Origin: Candidatus Levybacteria bacterium RIFCSPHIGHO2_01_FULL_37_17
GTDB taxonomy: Bacteria > Patescibacteriota > Microgenomatia > Levybacterales > UBA12049
DNA: 64,000 nucleotides
Direction: 5' to 3'
Assembly: GCA_001782035.1 (NCBI GenBank)
Contig: MFNL01000001.1
Span: 84,078 to 148,077 of the forward strand
Made by a program: the position numbers and the translations under genes. The notes beneath the pieces were generated by a model that saw nothing but the letters and a program-made list of their open reading frames with translations, did no database searches and was not told the origin of the DNA. Below, one piece after another: positions 10,152 to 21,070 of the stretch. Positions within the stretch are counted from its first letter, which is position 1; each line of letters starts with the position of its first letter.

Positions 10152-10640
10152 GTGAGAATACTAGGGATTGATCCCGGATTTGGAAGATGCGGATGGGCAA
10201 TTCTCGAAATTGCTGGTTCTAAGGCGGAAGCTATAGATTATGGTTGTATCGAAACAGGTTTAAAACTTGCTCCTGAAAAAAGACTAGAGCGGGTTTACGC
10301 CGAAATTTCAAGAATTATTAAAAAATATAAGCCCGAAGTTTTGGCTATCGAAGAACTATTTTTTGGTACAAACACAAAAACCGCACTCGCTGTAGGACAA
10401 GCCCGAGGAGTTGTTCTGCTTGCAGCATCGCAGTACAGTTTAGAAACAAGCGTATATAATCCTTTGCAGGTTAAAATTGCCCTAACAGGGTATGGAAAAG
10501 CGGAAAAAGCACAAGTTGGCCAAATGGTAAAAATATTGCTCAAACTAAAAGAAATGCCAAAACTGGATGATACAACAGATGCATTGGCAGTAGCCCTAAC
10601 TCATGCTTCAAGCTCAAAAATCAATAAGTTGTCTAGGTAG
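10152..10640 (+). CDS. ruvC: Holliday junction resolvase RuvC
   Basis: ILGIDPG, AIEELFF, GQARGV, DDTTDALA. Confidence 0.96.
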   Translation: MRILGIDPGFGRCGWAILEIAGSKAEAIDYGCIETGLKLAPEKRLERVYAEISRIIKKYKPEVLAIEELFFGTNTKTALAVGQARGVVLLAASQYSLETSVYNPLQVKIALTGYGKAEKAQVGQMVKILLKLKEMPKLDDTTDALAVALTHASSSKINKLSR

Positions 10641-10663
10641 CTTATGCTATAATCAGCTAAATT

Positions 10664-11236
10664 ATGATCGGTTTTTTAAATGGTAAAATTGACCTGCTAC
10701 AAAGGCCAAACGTAATTATCGATGTTAACGGAGTAGGTTACAAAGTTTTAGTTTCGGAAAACGTTTATAAAAACTTAACAGTTGGGCAGAAAATCAAGAT
10801 TTTTACCTACACCTATGTTAGGGATGATGCATTAGAGCTTTTCGGCTTTTTAGAAATTGACGATTTAAAGCTTTTTGAGAGTCTCTTAACAGTTTCTGGG
10901 ATTGGGCCTCGCACTGCACTAAATATATTCTCTTTCGGAGAAAGGCAAAATATAATTGAGGCTATTGTTAAAGGAGACTCATTATTTTTTACTTCGGTTC
11001 CAAGGCTTGGTACGAAAAATGCACAGAGAATAATAATAGAGCTTAAAAACAAAATGGGCGGAGACGGCCTGGTTGATTTATCAGGCAAAGATTTAATTGA
11101 GAATACAGAAGCTATCGAGGCTCTAAAAAACTTTGGATTCTCAGTGGTGGAAGCTCAAAAAGCATTAAGAAACTTAGAATCAGGTCTTTCGACTGAGGAA
11201 AAAATAAAACAAGCGCTTAAATCTCTTGGTAGATAA
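10664..11236 (+). CDS. ruvA: Holliday junction branch migration protein RuvA
   Basis: [21 protein letters not shown]. Confidence 0.96.
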   Translation: MIGFLNGKIDLLQRPNVIIDVNGVGYKVLVSENVYKNLTVGQKIKIFTYTYVRDDALELFGFLEIDDLKLFESLLTVSGIGPRTALNIFSFGERQNIIEAIVKGDSLFFTSVPRLGTKNAQRIIIELKNKMGGDGLVDLSGKDLIENTEAIEALKNFGFSVVEAQKALRNLESGLSTEEKIKQALKSLGR

Positions 11237-11238
11237 AA

Positions 11239-12267
11239 ATGACAAAAGATAAAAAATCAAATTTGGAAAAAGAAACGCCTGAGGAAGAGGTTCTTTTTAC
11301 ATCTCTTCGAGCTTCCGCATGGCCTGAATTTTACGGCCAGAAAAACGTAAAACAAGCCCTTAATATTGCAATTTCTGCAGCAAAAAAAAGAAAAGAGCCA
11401 ATTGAGCATATTCTTTTATACGGGCCGCCCGGCCTTGGAAAAACTACATTATCGCACTTAATTGCAAAAGAAATGAATGTTAACATAAGGGTTACATCAG
11501 GCCCAGCAATTGAGCGGGCAGGTGATTTAGCCTCGATTCTTACGAATTTAGAAAAAGGTGATATTTTGTTCATCGATGAGGTTCATCGCCTTAATAAAAT
11601 TGTGGAGGAAACTCTTTACCCGGCAATGGAAGACTATGCGCTGGATATAATAATAGGTAAAGGACCTTCTGCAAGAACCCTGCGGCTTGATCTACCGCAA
11701 TTTACGATTATTGGCGCTACAACTCGAATTGGGCTTATGTCAGCCCCGCTGCGTGACAGATTCGGCGTAATCCACAGGCTGGCATTTTATGAGCCGGATG
11801 AGCTTTCGGAAATAATAAGAAAAGGAGCGATAAAGCTTAAAACAAAAGTAGATAAAGACTCAATTGCAGAAATTGCAACCAGAGCAAGGGGTACCCCAAG
11901 AATTGCCCTTAAATTACTCAAAAGAGTACGGGATTACGCACAAGTACATGGAACAGGTGAAATAGTAAAAGGCTTGACTGATAAAGCTTTAGAGATGCTT
12001 AACGTTGACTCTGTGGGGCTAGATAACAATGACGTAAGATATCTGAAATCAATTATTGAAAAACACGGTGGAGGACCTGTTGGAGTTGAAACTATAGCCT
12101 CCACAATAAGCGAAGATATAGGAACGATCGAGGAAGTAATAGAGCCCTATTTACTCCAAGTTGGATTTCTTAAAAAAACAGCACGAGGTAGAACAGCAAC
12201 ACTTGCAGCCTACAAACATTTGGGAATTGAGCTTCCCAAGGGCTTAAAACAGGGAAAACTCCTCTGA
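11239..12267 (+). CDS. ruvB: Holliday junction branch migration ATPase RuvB
   Basis: [30 protein letters not shown]. Confidence 0.97.
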   Translation: MTKDKKSNLEKETPEEEVLFTSLRASAWPEFYGQKNVKQALNIAISAAKKRKEPIEHILLYGPPGLGKTTLSHLIAKEMNVNIRVTSGPAIERAGDLASILTNLEKGDILFIDEVHRLNKIVEETLYPAMEDYALDIIIGKGPSARTLRLDLPQFTIIGATTRIGLMSAPLRDRFGVIHRLAFYEPDELSEIIRKGAIKLKTKVDKDSIAEIATRARGTPRIALKLLKRVRDYAQVHGTGEIVKGLTDKALEMLNVDSVGLDNNDVRYLKSIIEKHGGGPVGVETIASTISEDIGTIEEVIEPYLLQVGFLKKTARGRTATLAAYKHLGIELPKGLKQGKLL

Positions 12268-12305
12268 CTTGACAAAGGGTAAGCCTGCTGGTAGTATTCA
12301 CCTCT

Positions 12306-12692
12306 GTGTCTAGATTAGAAACCACCCTCGGAATTTTTGAAGCTCACATGCGCCGCGATCATATTGATATCGAAAGAAACGGCCATATTATTGCAATTTA
12401 CCCAAGAGCCGGAATAATAGAAAACTTAAAAGAACGAAGACGAGTTGCAGAATTCATTTCAAATACTGCAAGTGCTCTAAAAACTCCCGCTTCCTTAGCA
12501 TTGGGAACATACGAGGTAAGCATGGGAATAATGAGAGGCGAAAAAATAAGAATTATCAAAGGAGTTGCTCTGGCTGCAATTTTAGGAGCTGCATTAGGAC
12601 AAGCTGAAGTAATTTTCGAAAAAGACGCAGACAAAGTTGGAATTCACCAAGAGGTAATCGAAGAAGCCGCTCAAATTACTTCCTCTTTCTAA
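12306..12692 (+). CDS. Hypothetical protein
   Basis: 128-aa ORF preceded by TTGACA-17-TAGTAT promoter. Confidence 0.6.
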   Translation: MSRLETTLGIFEAHMRRDHIDIERNGHIIAIYPRAGIIENLKERRRVAEFISNTASALKTPASLALGTYEVSMGIMRGEKIRIIKGVALAAILGAALGQAEVIFEKDADKVGIHQEVIEEAAQITSSF

Positions 12693-12879
12693 ATTTTCTA
12701 CCCTTGAATATTGGCTTATCTTCTGGCAAATTGAACTCTCCATTTATTGCTCTTTGCCTTTCAAGAGGCGTTGCGTCTCTTCTTCCAAACGCGTCAGGTT
12801 CTGGGCGAGGATTGAATGAAGAGCCATAGTAGCTAGTGTTTCTTGAATGAATTCTTAGTAACGTCTCAAGCGATGCCAC
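12676..12879 (-). CDS. Small hypothetical protein
   Basis: 67-aa ORF filling the gap, with upstream TTGACA; no recognisable motif. Confidence 0.5.
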   Translation of the reverse strand: MASLETLLRIHSRNTSYYGSSFNPRPEPDAFGRRDATPLERQRAINGEFNLPEDKPIFKGRKFRKRK

Positions 12880-12915
12880 TAATTAAATTTAGACTAAAAA
12901 TAAAACGATTGTCAA

Positions 12916-15273
12916 CTACTCAAGGCCTAAATAAAAGAATTTTTGAAACGGGGATAAGGTTATTAACAGCTGAAGGCATATTGTTACAATTACCGAGGCG
13001 ATAAGTATTTTGTTCATTTTAAAGATTGAGCGTCCCCTGACAATAAATGCAAGAGCCATATGGGAAAAAACTAAAACATTAAAAACAATTGTTCTCGCAA
13101 AAATCTCACTATTGCCCTCAAGTAATTTGGAAAAAAGAAGCAAAAGGGCACCTGCTATCACAAACCCAAAGGTTAATATAAAACCTATCCTTTTTGGAGT
13201 AAGAATATTTTGTCTTATATCTCTTGGCTTTTCTTTTAAAATACTTGAGCTTCTGTTATCACTTGCCAAGGCAAGCGCAGGCAACCCGTCTGTTACCAGG
13301 TTAACCCAAAGGATTTGAGTCGGTAAAAGCGGATCGGGTAACTTGAGAAGTGCTGCAAAAAATATTAAAGATATCTCAGATAAATTTCCGGACAGAAGAT
13401 ATGTAATAGATTTAACTATGTTTGCATAAATTGTTCTTCCCTCAAGCACTGCTTTAATAAGAGTTGAATAATTATCGTCTGACAAAACAATGTCCGATGC
13501 TTCTTTTGCTACATCAGTACCTGTTTTACCCATTGCAATTCCAACGTCTGCTTTTTTTAAGGCGAGGGAATCATTGACCCCGTCTCCTGTAACTCCAACA
13601 ACAAAACCTAACTTCTTGTAAATAGTTGCAAGGCGTAGTTTGTCTTCCGGTTTTGTTCTGGCAAATACGCTGGTATTTAAAATTATCTTTTCAAGATCTT
13701 CATCGCTTAACTTATCAAGCTCCTCACCTGTAATTACGTTTTCATCTTTTTCTATCAAGCCTATCTCTTTTGCAATGGTTAACGCAGTTAATTCGTTGTC
13801 GCCTGTTACCATCACGGTTTTTATTCCGGCTTCTTTAGCACTTTTTATAGCCTCAATTGCCTCAACTCTAGGCGGATCATAAATTCCTGTAAATCCTAAA
13901 AATTCAATATTTTCTTCCAGCGCTTTCCTGTCTTTGATATTTTCATTTACGATTCTTTTATAACCTAGTCCTATTACCCTAAAGCCTTTTTTTGCAAATG
14001 CCTCGAACCTTTTTGTTATTTTATCCTTCTCTGCCTTGCTTAAACTGCTTAGCTCTAGCAAATTTTCCGGAGCCCCTCTTACAAATACATATTTTTCATG
14101 CCCTTCTTCCCAAATAGTTGTTATAAGTTTAGTTTCGGGGTCAAATAAAAACTCATCTATAACTTTTCCGTCCTGGGTGAGCGATTTGTCTTTTGCAAAT
14201 TCCTTTGCCCATAGAAGTAAAGAGCCGTCTGTTTTGTCCCCAATTGCTTCAAAATTATTAGAATCTGCCTTTTGCACCAAGGAAGCCGTATTGCCTATAA
14301 CGCAGGCTTTAAATAGCAATTCACTATTTTCCTTACTCGCAATCCAAAAGTCCTTAACAACCATTTTGTTTTGAGTAAGCGTCCCTGTTTTATCAGATAA
14401 AATAATTTGTACCGCTCCTAGTGTTTCAACCGAGGACATTTTTCGAACAACTGCGTTTCGCCTTGCCATCCGTGTTGTTCCTATTGCAAGCGCAATTGTA
14501 ATTACGGCAGGAAGACCTTCGGGAATTACTGCAACAGCAGCGCTTATGGAAAGAAGGATTAAGTCAAATAAGTTTCTTCCCTGCGATATTCCTATAGGAA
14601 CTAATGAAAAGGAAACTACAATTGCAAGTAACGATATTATTTTTCCAAGCTTGGACAGGTCTTTTTGCAGAGGGGTAGGCGATGTCTCAATATTTACCAA
14701 ACTTTTAGCAATTTGCCCAAATTTTGTGCTGTCCCCGGTTTTTTCTACCAAAAAATGACCTCTTCCTTTAGACACAATTGTTCCTGCAAAAACCTCCTCG
14801 CCCTCATTTTTAATTACAGGCAAAGACTCGCCGCTTAACGCAGATTCATCAATTTCAAGGTGTATATTAAAAAGAAGCTTTCCGTCAGCTGGAATATTTT
14901 CGCCCTCATTTAAAATAACAACATCTCCGGGTACAATTTGCGCAGTTTCTATTTCCTTTTCTTTCCCGTCTCTTATTACTATTGCTTTATCTTTAATGTA
15001 AGCCTTTAGTTTTTCCAACGACTTTTCAGCATTAAATTCCTGCCAAAAGCCAAAAAGTCCGCTAAGCAGCAAGATTGCCAAAATAAAACTTGCATCAATA
15101 AAATTCCCAATTAAAAAGGAAAAAAGAGCTCCGGCAAAGAGTATTCCGTTTAAAAGGGTAGTAAACTGGGAAATAAAAACAGAAGCTATGCTATAGCGCC
15201 TTTTTACATTAATCTCATTTCTTCCGTGTTTTTCAAGAAGCGCTTGAGCTTGGCTTGTGGACAGTCCTTGCAT
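12916..15273 (-). CDS. Cation-transporting P-type ATPase (P2A/PacL-like)
   Basis: GLSTSQA, SGES, IPEGL, DKTGT, TGD, GDGVND, QILWVNLVTD. Confidence 0.93.
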   Translation of the reverse strand: MQGLSTSQAQALLEKHGRNEINVKRRYSIASVFISQFTTLLNGILFAGALFSFLIGNFIDASFILAILLLSGLFGFWQEFNAEKSLEKLKAYIKDKAIVIRDGKEKEIETAQIVPGDVVILNEGENIPADGKLLFNIHLEIDESALSGESLPVIKNEGEEVFAGTIVSKGRGHFLVEKTGDSTKFGQIAKSLVNIETSPTPLQKDLSKLGKIISLLAIVVSFSLVPIGISQGRNLFDLILLSISAAVAVIPEGLPAVITIALAIGTTRMARRNAVVRKMSSVETLGAVQIILSDKTGTLTQNKMVVKDFWIASKENSELLFKACVIGNTASLVQKADSNNFEAIGDKTDGSLLLWAKEFAKDKSLTQDGKVIDEFLFDPETKLITTIWEEGHEKYVFVRGAPENLLELSSLSKAEKDKITKRFEAFAKKGFRVIGLGYKRIVNENIKDRKALEENIEFLGFTGIYDPPRVEAIEAIKSAKEAGIKTVMVTGDNELTALTIAKEIGLIEKDENVITGEELDKLSDEDLEKIILNTSVFARTKPEDKLRLATIYKKLGFVVGVTGDGVNDSLALKKADVGIAMGKTGTDVAKEASDIVLSDDNYSTLIKAVLEGRTIYANIVKSITYLLSGNLSEISLIFFAALLKLPDPLLPTQILWVNLVTDGLPALALASDNRSSSILKEKPRDIRQNILTPKRIGFILTFGFVIAGALLLLFSKLLEGNSEIFARTIVFNVLVFSHMALAFIVRGRSIFKMNKILIASVIVTICLQLLITLSPFQKFFYLGLE

Positions 15274-15292
15274 TATTTTATTCTACAGGAAT

Positions 15293-16825
15293 TCAGTATG
15301 CGGAATCTACCTGCGGACGGAATTGTAGGGCCTCGGCGATGTGTTGTATTTTAATATCAATTGAGCCTTCCAAGTCTGCAATAGTTCGGGCAAGTTTAAT
15401 TATCCTTTGGTAAGATCTTGCCGAAAGCTGCATTTTGGATACAGCCATTTTTAAAAGCTCAATACAGTCATCGGACAGCACGCAGTATTTTTTGATATCC
15501 TTGTTTAACATCTCAGCATTTGAGGAAATTTTTGTTGTCTTAAATCGTTTTGTCTGCAAATCCCTTGCTTTTTGAACCCTGTTTCTAATAGCTGTGGACG
15601 TCTCGTTATTTATTTTTTGAGAGGATGTTAACTTTTCAACTTTTACAGCGGGAACATCCAAATGAATATCTATCCTATCAAGCATCGGACCCGAAACTTT
15701 TTTTTGATACCGAATAATTTGTGCTGGCGCACAGCTGCAGTTGTGAGTTTTGTCGCCAAAATATCCGCAAGGGCAGGGATTTTGAGCCGCAAATAGCAAG
15801 AATTTGGAAGGAAACGTAAGTCTTTTACTTGCCCTTGAGATTGTCACAAAGCCGTCTTCCAAGGGCTGTCTTAGGGCTTCTAAAACGTGTCTTGGAAATT
15901 CTGGGAATTCATCCAAAAACAAAACTCCCCTATGCGCAAGTGAAACTTCGCCGGGTTTAGGGTTAGCGCTTCCTCCTATAAGTCCTATATGTGAAGTTGT
16001 GTGATGCGGGCTTCTAAATGGCCGCTTGGTTATTATAGGAGTTCCATCTAAAAGTCCGGAAATGCTATAAATTTTAGTAACCTCTAAAGCCTCATCTAGT
16101 GTCAATTTTGGCAAAATTGAGGGAAGAGTTCTCGCAAGAAGCGTTTTTCCAGCTCCCGGAGGCCCTTTTAAAATAATATTGTGTCCACCCGCAGCAGCAA
16201 TTTCCAATGCCCTTTTTGCCTGTTCTTGTCCGGCAACCTCACTCATATCAAAATCGAAACTTAACTTATTTTCAAATTTGTCTAAGCGTATGTATTTAGC
16301 GGGAACAATTTTTTCCTCATTTGTAATGTGTTTAACCAAAGAGAGCAAAGATTCAACGGGATAAACCTCGATACCATTAACAATTGCAGCTTCTTGGGAG
16401 TTAATTTTAGGCAAGAATATCTTATTTATTTTTCTCTCCTTCGCCATCAATACTTGGGGTAAAACTCCATTTGTGTATCTTAATTTTCCATCTAATGATA
16501 GCTCGCCAGTGAAGAATAAGTTCTCAATATTTGCTTCAATTTGCCCATCTGCAATAAGAAGACCCATTGCAATAGGCAAATCATATGAGGAACCTTCTTT
16601 GGGTAAATCAGCGGGAGCCAAATTAACAGTTATTCTTTTAGCGGGAAAATCAAACCCGGAGTTTTTAACAGCAGATCTTACCCTTTCTTTTGCTTCCTCA
16701 ACTGCCTTATCCGGAAGTCCAACTATAGTAAAAGAGGGAAGTCCCTGCGCTTGAATATCGACCTCTATTTCTATTGGAATGGCATCCAAGCCTAAAACCG
16801 CTGCAGATGTAACCTTTGCGATCAT
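15293..16825 (-). CDS. comM: YifB/ComM family Mg-chelatase-like AAA+ ATPase
   Basis: ITVNLAPADLPKEG, GPPGAGKT, RSPHH, LDEFPEF, NPCPCG. Confidence 0.94.
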   Translation of the reverse strand: MIAKVTSAAVLGLDAIPIEIEVDIQAQGLPSFTIVGLPDKAVEEAKERVRSAVKNSGFDFPAKRITVNLAPADLPKEGSSYDLPIAMGLLIADGQIEANIENLFFTGELSLDGKLRYTNGVLPQVLMAKERKINKIFLPKINSQEAAIVNGIEVYPVESLLSLVKHITNEEKIVPAKYIRLDKFENKLSFDFDMSEVAGQEQAKRALEIAAAGGHNIILKGPPGAGKTLLARTLPSILPKLTLDEALEVTKIYSISGLLDGTPIITKRPFRSPHHTTSHIGLIGGSANPKPGEVSLAHRGVLFLDEFPEFPRHVLEALRQPLEDGFVTISRASKRLTFPSKFLLFAAQNPCPCGYFGDKTHNCSCAPAQIIRYQKKVSGPMLDRIDIHLDVPAVKVEKLTSSQKINNETSTAIRNRVQKARDLQTKRFKTTKISSNAEMLNKDIKKYCVLSDDCIELLKMAVSKMQLSARSYQRIIKLARTIADLEGSIDIKIQHIAEALQFRPQVDSAY

Positions 16826-16856
16826 AAGCTTAGACTAACAAAAAAGAATAAAGTGT

Positions 16857-18128
16857 TCAAATTTCAACAATGTTTTCTGTTTCGGCGCCGGTTGAAATAT
16901 AGGAAATTTTAACGCCAACAAGTTTTTCAATTTCTCTTAAATAACTCTTTGCATTTTTCGGAAGGTCCTTATATTTTTTAATCCCATTTGTTTTTGCTCG
17001 CCATCCGGGAAGAGTTTTATAGACGGGCTTAAGCTTTGAAAGCGTTTCTGTGCTTAAATCAAAGTATCTAATTTTAGACCCATTTAATAGGTAATGAGTA
17101 CAAACTTTGATCTCTTTAAAACTATCCAAAATATCCATCTTTGTAATTGCTAAATCAGTAAAACCATTTATTTTTGCAGCAAATTTTGCCATTTCTGCAT
17201 CAAACCATCCGCAACGCCTTGGCCTTCCTGTGGTTGACCCAAACTCATTTCCTAAGTTTCTTAAATCAGCGCCATCCTTACCCGTGAGCTCTGTGGGGAA
17301 CGGGCCAAACCCAACTCTTGTTATATAAGCTTTTGCAACACCAATAATCTTATTGATTTTTTGAGGTGCAATTCCTAATCCTGCTACAGCATTTCCAGAC
17401 AAAATTGACGAAGCTGTAACAAACGGATAAGTTCCCCAATCGTTATCCAAGAATACTCCATGCGCGCCTTCTAGTAAAATTTCTTCTTTTGAATCTAAAG
17501 CTTTATTTACGATCGCAAAAGGTTCTTTTACATACTTTTCAATTTTTTTGAATAATTTGAGCTGAATTTTTAAAATTTCATTAAGATCCAATTCTTTTTC
17601 TCCGAAAGCCTTAATTATTTTATTCTTTATAAAAAGCTGAGTTTGAAATTTGTCTTCCAAGATTTTTTTGTCCAAAAAATCAAAGACCCTTATTCCGTTA
17701 TAAGTGACTTTATCTGCATAAGTTGGGCTAATGCCTCGTCCTGTTGTCCAAGTTTTATTTTTTCCTTTGGCTTCTTCATAAATCTTCTCAAGAATTTTAT
17801 GATACGGAAGAATAATATTGCACCGTGGAGAAATAAAAAGTCGGTTGTCTAATTTTAATCCCGCTTTTTCAAGCATCTGAATTTCTGATACTAAAACTTC
17901 TAAGTCTAAAACTACGCCAGGACCAATTAAAGAGATTGATTTCTTGTTGAAAATTCCTGAAGGAATAAGGTGCATTGCGAATTTTCCGTATTTATTTACG
18001 ACTGTATGCCCTGCATTATTTCCTCCATGGAACCTTGCCACAAGATGGACTTTTGAGGATAAGTGGTCAATAATTTTACCTTTTCCTTCGTCTCCCCATT
18101 GGGCACCGATAATAACTGTTGCTCCCAC
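16857..18128 (-). CDS. purA: Adenylosuccinate synthetase
   Basis: GAQWGDEGKGK, GGNNAGHT, GTYPFVT, TTGRPRRCGWFD. Confidence 0.96.
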   Translation of the reverse strand: MGATVIIGAQWGDEGKGKIIDHLSSKVHLVARFHGGNNAGHTVVNKYGKFAMHLIPSGIFNKKSISLIGPGVVLDLEVLVSEIQMLEKAGLKLDNRLFISPRCNIILPYHKILEKIYEEAKGKNKTWTTGRGISPTYADKVTYNGIRVFDFLDKKILEDKFQTQLFIKNKIIKAFGEKELDLNEILKIQLKLFKKIEKYVKEPFAIVNKALDSKEEILLEGAHGVFLDNDWGTYPFVTASSILSGNAVAGLGIAPQKINKIIGVAKAYITRVGFGPFPTELTGKDGADLRNLGNEFGSTTGRPRRCGWFDAEMAKFAAKINGFTDLAITKMDILDSFKEIKVCTHYLLNGSKIRYFDLSTETLSKLKPVYKTLPGWRAKTNGIKKYKDLPKNAKSYLREIEKLVGVKISYISTGAETENIVEI

Positions 18129-18171
18129 GGCAGTATTTTAGCACTTTGAATTGTGCTAGAATAGAGCCCAA
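18129..18171. promoter_or_regulatory. Back-to-back extended -10 promoters for purA (-) and dnaG (+)
   Basis: TGCTAAAAT 6 nt before the purA GTG and TGCTAGAAT 9 nt before the dnaG ATG form an imperfect inverted repeat ATTTTAGCAC-8-GTGCTAGAAT. Confidence 0.65.
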
Positions 18172-19932
18172 ATGGACGACGTTGCAAAAGTAAGAGAAAA
18201 GATAGATTTAGTATCTTTTATTTCGGAATTTATTACTTTAAAAAAAGCAGGGAGAAATTTTAAGGCGCTGTGTCCTTTCCACAACGAAAAAAGTCCCTCG
18301 TTTATGATATCTCCCGAGCGGCAAATTTGGCATTGTTTCGGCTGCGGAAAGGGAGGAGACGCATTCACATTTTTAATGGAGTACGAAAACATGGAATTTC
18401 CCGAAAGCTTGCGGACTTTGGCAAAAAAGGCAGGAGTTGAACTAACAGAATCAAGCTACAGAAAAGGAGTGACTAGCGAAAAAGAAAAAATCTATGAGAT
18501 AAATAAGCTCGCTCTAAAATTTTATAAATATTTGCTTTTAGAGCACAAAGCAGGAAAAGATGCTCTTGATTATCTATTAAATAAAAGAGGTTTAAAAAAA
18601 GGCACTATAGAAATTTTTGAACTTGGTTTTGCACCGACTTTGCCATCAAGCCTTTCTGACTATTTAATAAATAGAAAAAAATATAAAGCAAAAGATTTAA
18701 TCTTGGCTGGAATTTCTTTTGAAAGAGGGGGAAAAATCTTCGATTTTTTCAGAGGAAGGATTATATTTCCTCTTTACGACCACAGGGGAAATATTTTAGG
18801 CTTTTCGGCAAGAGCTTTAAATGAAGCTGATATGCCCAAATATCTTAACACCAAAGAGACTCTTATATACCACAAAGGGAGTGTCTTTTTCGGCTTAAAC
18901 TTGTCCAAGGAAGAGATAAAGCAAAAACAAAACGCAATTTTAGTCGAAGGAGAGTTTGACCTTATTTCGCTTTTCACCCACGGCATAAAAAACGTTGTTG
19001 CCATTAAAGGGACGGCTTTAACAGAAGATCAAGTGTCTCTGATTTCAAGATTTACACCCAAAGTGACATTTTGCTTTGATCAGGATGTTGCAGGATTTGA
19101 AGCGACAAAAAGAAGCCTACCAATTATTGAGCAAAAAGGTCTTACTGCAGAAATTGTTGATTTAAAGGGCTCAAAAGATCCTGACGAGGCAATCAAAAAA
19201 GATCCGATTTTATTTAAAAAGAAATTATCAGCCACCCCAAATGTATATGATTATCTTCTTAAGTTTTATACTTCTGATAATCCAACAGACACAGTCGAGG
19301 GGAAAAGGAAGATTACGGATGAAATACTTCCTATCATTTCTAAAATTTCAAACGAAATTGTAAAAGAGCACTATACTAAAAAATTAGCCGGCCAACTTGA
19401 TACATCAGTTGAGTCTATAAATAGGGAGCTTGCGAAACAAGACAGTAGTAAGACGAAGGATAGAATAATTATTCCCAAAAACGAAAGTAAAGAAAGAAGA
19501 GAGCTTCTCGAAGAATATTCACTTGCTCTAATTTTGCAAAATGAAAATACGAATCTTGCAAAAGCCGTTGAAGATGAGATAAAGAAATACAAATTTAAAA
19601 TCCCGGCTTACCAAAAAATATCAGACGCATTATTTGAATACGTATTGGATACTAAAGAGGAAAATTTCCAAAAATTTTCAACCACTTTACCAACCGAGCT
19701 TTTAAAAGCATATGACTTTTTATATTTATATCCTTTACCGAAGTTTCAAAACGAAGAAAAGCAGGCGGAGGAAATTAAAAAAGTTATTAAAGAATTACTT
19801 ACCTTGTATCTAAAAGAAAAACTTAAGGATGTTACTCTTAAGATTAGAACTACAAGCGCGCAAAAAGAGAAAGAAAATTTGCAAAAAGAATATACTCAGA
19901 TTTTGTCCCTCATAAGGGATGCGCAAGTTTAA
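18172..19932 (+). CDS. dnaG: DNA primase
   Basis: CPFHNEKSPSF...CFGC zinc finger; PKYLN; VEGEFD and DQD TOPRIM motifs. Confidence 0.97.
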   Translation: MDDVAKVREKIDLVSFISEFITLKKAGRNFKALCPFHNEKSPSFMISPERQIWHCFGCGKGGDAFTFLMEYENMEFPESLRTLAKKAGVELTESSYRKGVTSEKEKIYEINKLALKFYKYLLLEHKAGKDALDYLLNKRGLKKGTIEIFELGFAPTLPSSLSDYLINRKKYKAKDLILAGISFERGGKIFDFFRGRIIFPLYDHRGNILGFSARALNEADMPKYLNTKETLIYHKGSVFFGLNLSKEEIKQKQNAILVEGEFDLISLFTHGIKNVVAIKGTALTEDQVSLISRFTPKVTFCFDQDVAGFEATKRSLPIIEQKGLTAEIVDLKGSKDPDEAIKKDPILFKKKLSATPNVYDYLLKFYTSDNPTDTVEGKRKITDEILPIISKISNEIVKEHYTKKLAGQLDTSVESINRELAKQDSSKTKDRIIIPKNESKERRELLEEYSLALILQNENTNLAKAVEDEIKKYKFKIPAYQKISDALFEYVLDTKEENFQKFSTTLPTELLKAYDFLYLYPLPKFQNEEKQAEEIKKVIKELLTLYLKEKLKDVTLKIRTTSAQKEKENLQKEYTQILSLIRDAQV

Positions 19933-19968
19933 TTTGTAACGCAAAGGTGCTAAAATAGATATACTTTT

Positions 19969-21045
19969 ATGAAGCAGCCCGACTTAATTTCAGATATAGT
20001 TTCTAGTGCAAAAAAGAGGGGATATATTACTCAGGAAGAAATTCTAGCACTTTTCCCCAAGCCCGAGCAGCATCTGGAAGACCTCGACAAGCTTTATAAC
20101 AAGCTAATGAGGTCTGATATCGATGTTTTCGAATCTGTTGCGGCAGAAGCAGATGAGGAAAAACCGATTGAAGACTTAGAAAAAGAGCTCGAAGCCTTAA
20201 CTGTTTTAACAGAAGGGACTGTTTCGGATCCCGTAAGGATGTATTTAAAAGAAATCGGAAGAATACCTCTTTTAACTTTTGACCAGGAAATTTCTTTAGC
20301 TAAAAAGGTGGAGAAAGCCGACAAAAAAGCAAAGCAAATGCTGATTAATTCTAACTTAAGATTGGTTGTATCTATTGCCAAAAAGTATGTTGGAAGAGGG
20401 CTGACGCTTCTTGATTTAATTCAGGAGGGAAATCAAGGTTTAATAAGAGCGGTTGAAAAATACGATTGGAGAAGAGGTTTCAAGTTTTCAACTTATGCCA
20501 CGTGGTGGATAAGGCAGTCTATTACCCGCGCTATAGCTGATCAGGCAAGAACTATAAGAATTCCAGTACACATGGTTGAAAATATAAATAGGTTTTTACG
20601 AGCATCAAGAAAACTAATGCAAGAGTTGGGTCGCGAGCCAACGCCTGAAGAAGTTGCAAAAACGCTAGGCATCGAGCCTGATAAAGCATTAGAAATAATA
20701 AAAATTTCTCAGGAGCCGGCAAGCCTAGAGTCACCTGTAGGAGATGAAGAAGACAGCAAGCTAGGAGACTTTATACACGATAGTTCAGCACCGACGCTTT
20801 TTGATACTGCCTCACGAGAGTTACTCAAAGAACAAATAGAACAAGTCTTGTCTACTCTTTCAGACAGAGAAAAAAGAGTTTTGGAAGAGCGTTTCGGTTT
20901 AAAAGACGGCCGTCCTAAAACACTTGAGGAAGTTGGAAAAATGTTTGCAGTAACCAGAGAGCGAATAAGGCAAATTGAAGCAAAGGCACTACGAAAGCTC
21001 CGACACCCCTCCCGGGGAAATAAACTAAAAGATTATTTAGCTTAA
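19969..21045 (+). CDS. rpoD: Primary RNA polymerase sigma factor (SigA/RpoD)
   Basis: [43 protein letters not shown]. Confidence 0.97.
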   Translation: MKQPDLISDIVSSAKKRGYITQEEILALFPKPEQHLEDLDKLYNKLMRSDIDVFESVAAEADEEKPIEDLEKELEALTVLTEGTVSDPVRMYLKEIGRIPLLTFDQEISLAKKVEKADKKAKQMLINSNLRLVVSIAKKYVGRGLTLLDLIQEGNQGLIRAVEKYDWRRGFKFSTYATWWIRQSITRAIADQARTIRIPVHMVENINRFLRASRKLMQELGREPTPEEVAKTLGIEPDKALEIIKISQEPASLESPVGDEEDSKLGDFIHDSSAPTLFDTASRELLKEQIEQVLSTLSDREKRVLEERFGLKDGRPKTLEEVGKMFAVTRERIRQIEAKALRKLRHPSRGNKLKDYLA

Positions 21046-21070
21046 GCTTTCTTTGTCAAGAGAGGCTGAG

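Noticed and set aside
16857-18128. Possible PurZ (2-aminoadenine synthesis) rather than PurA
   Set aside because: It keeps the PurA catalytic Asp in GDEGKG (PurZ has Ser there), and there is no phage context.
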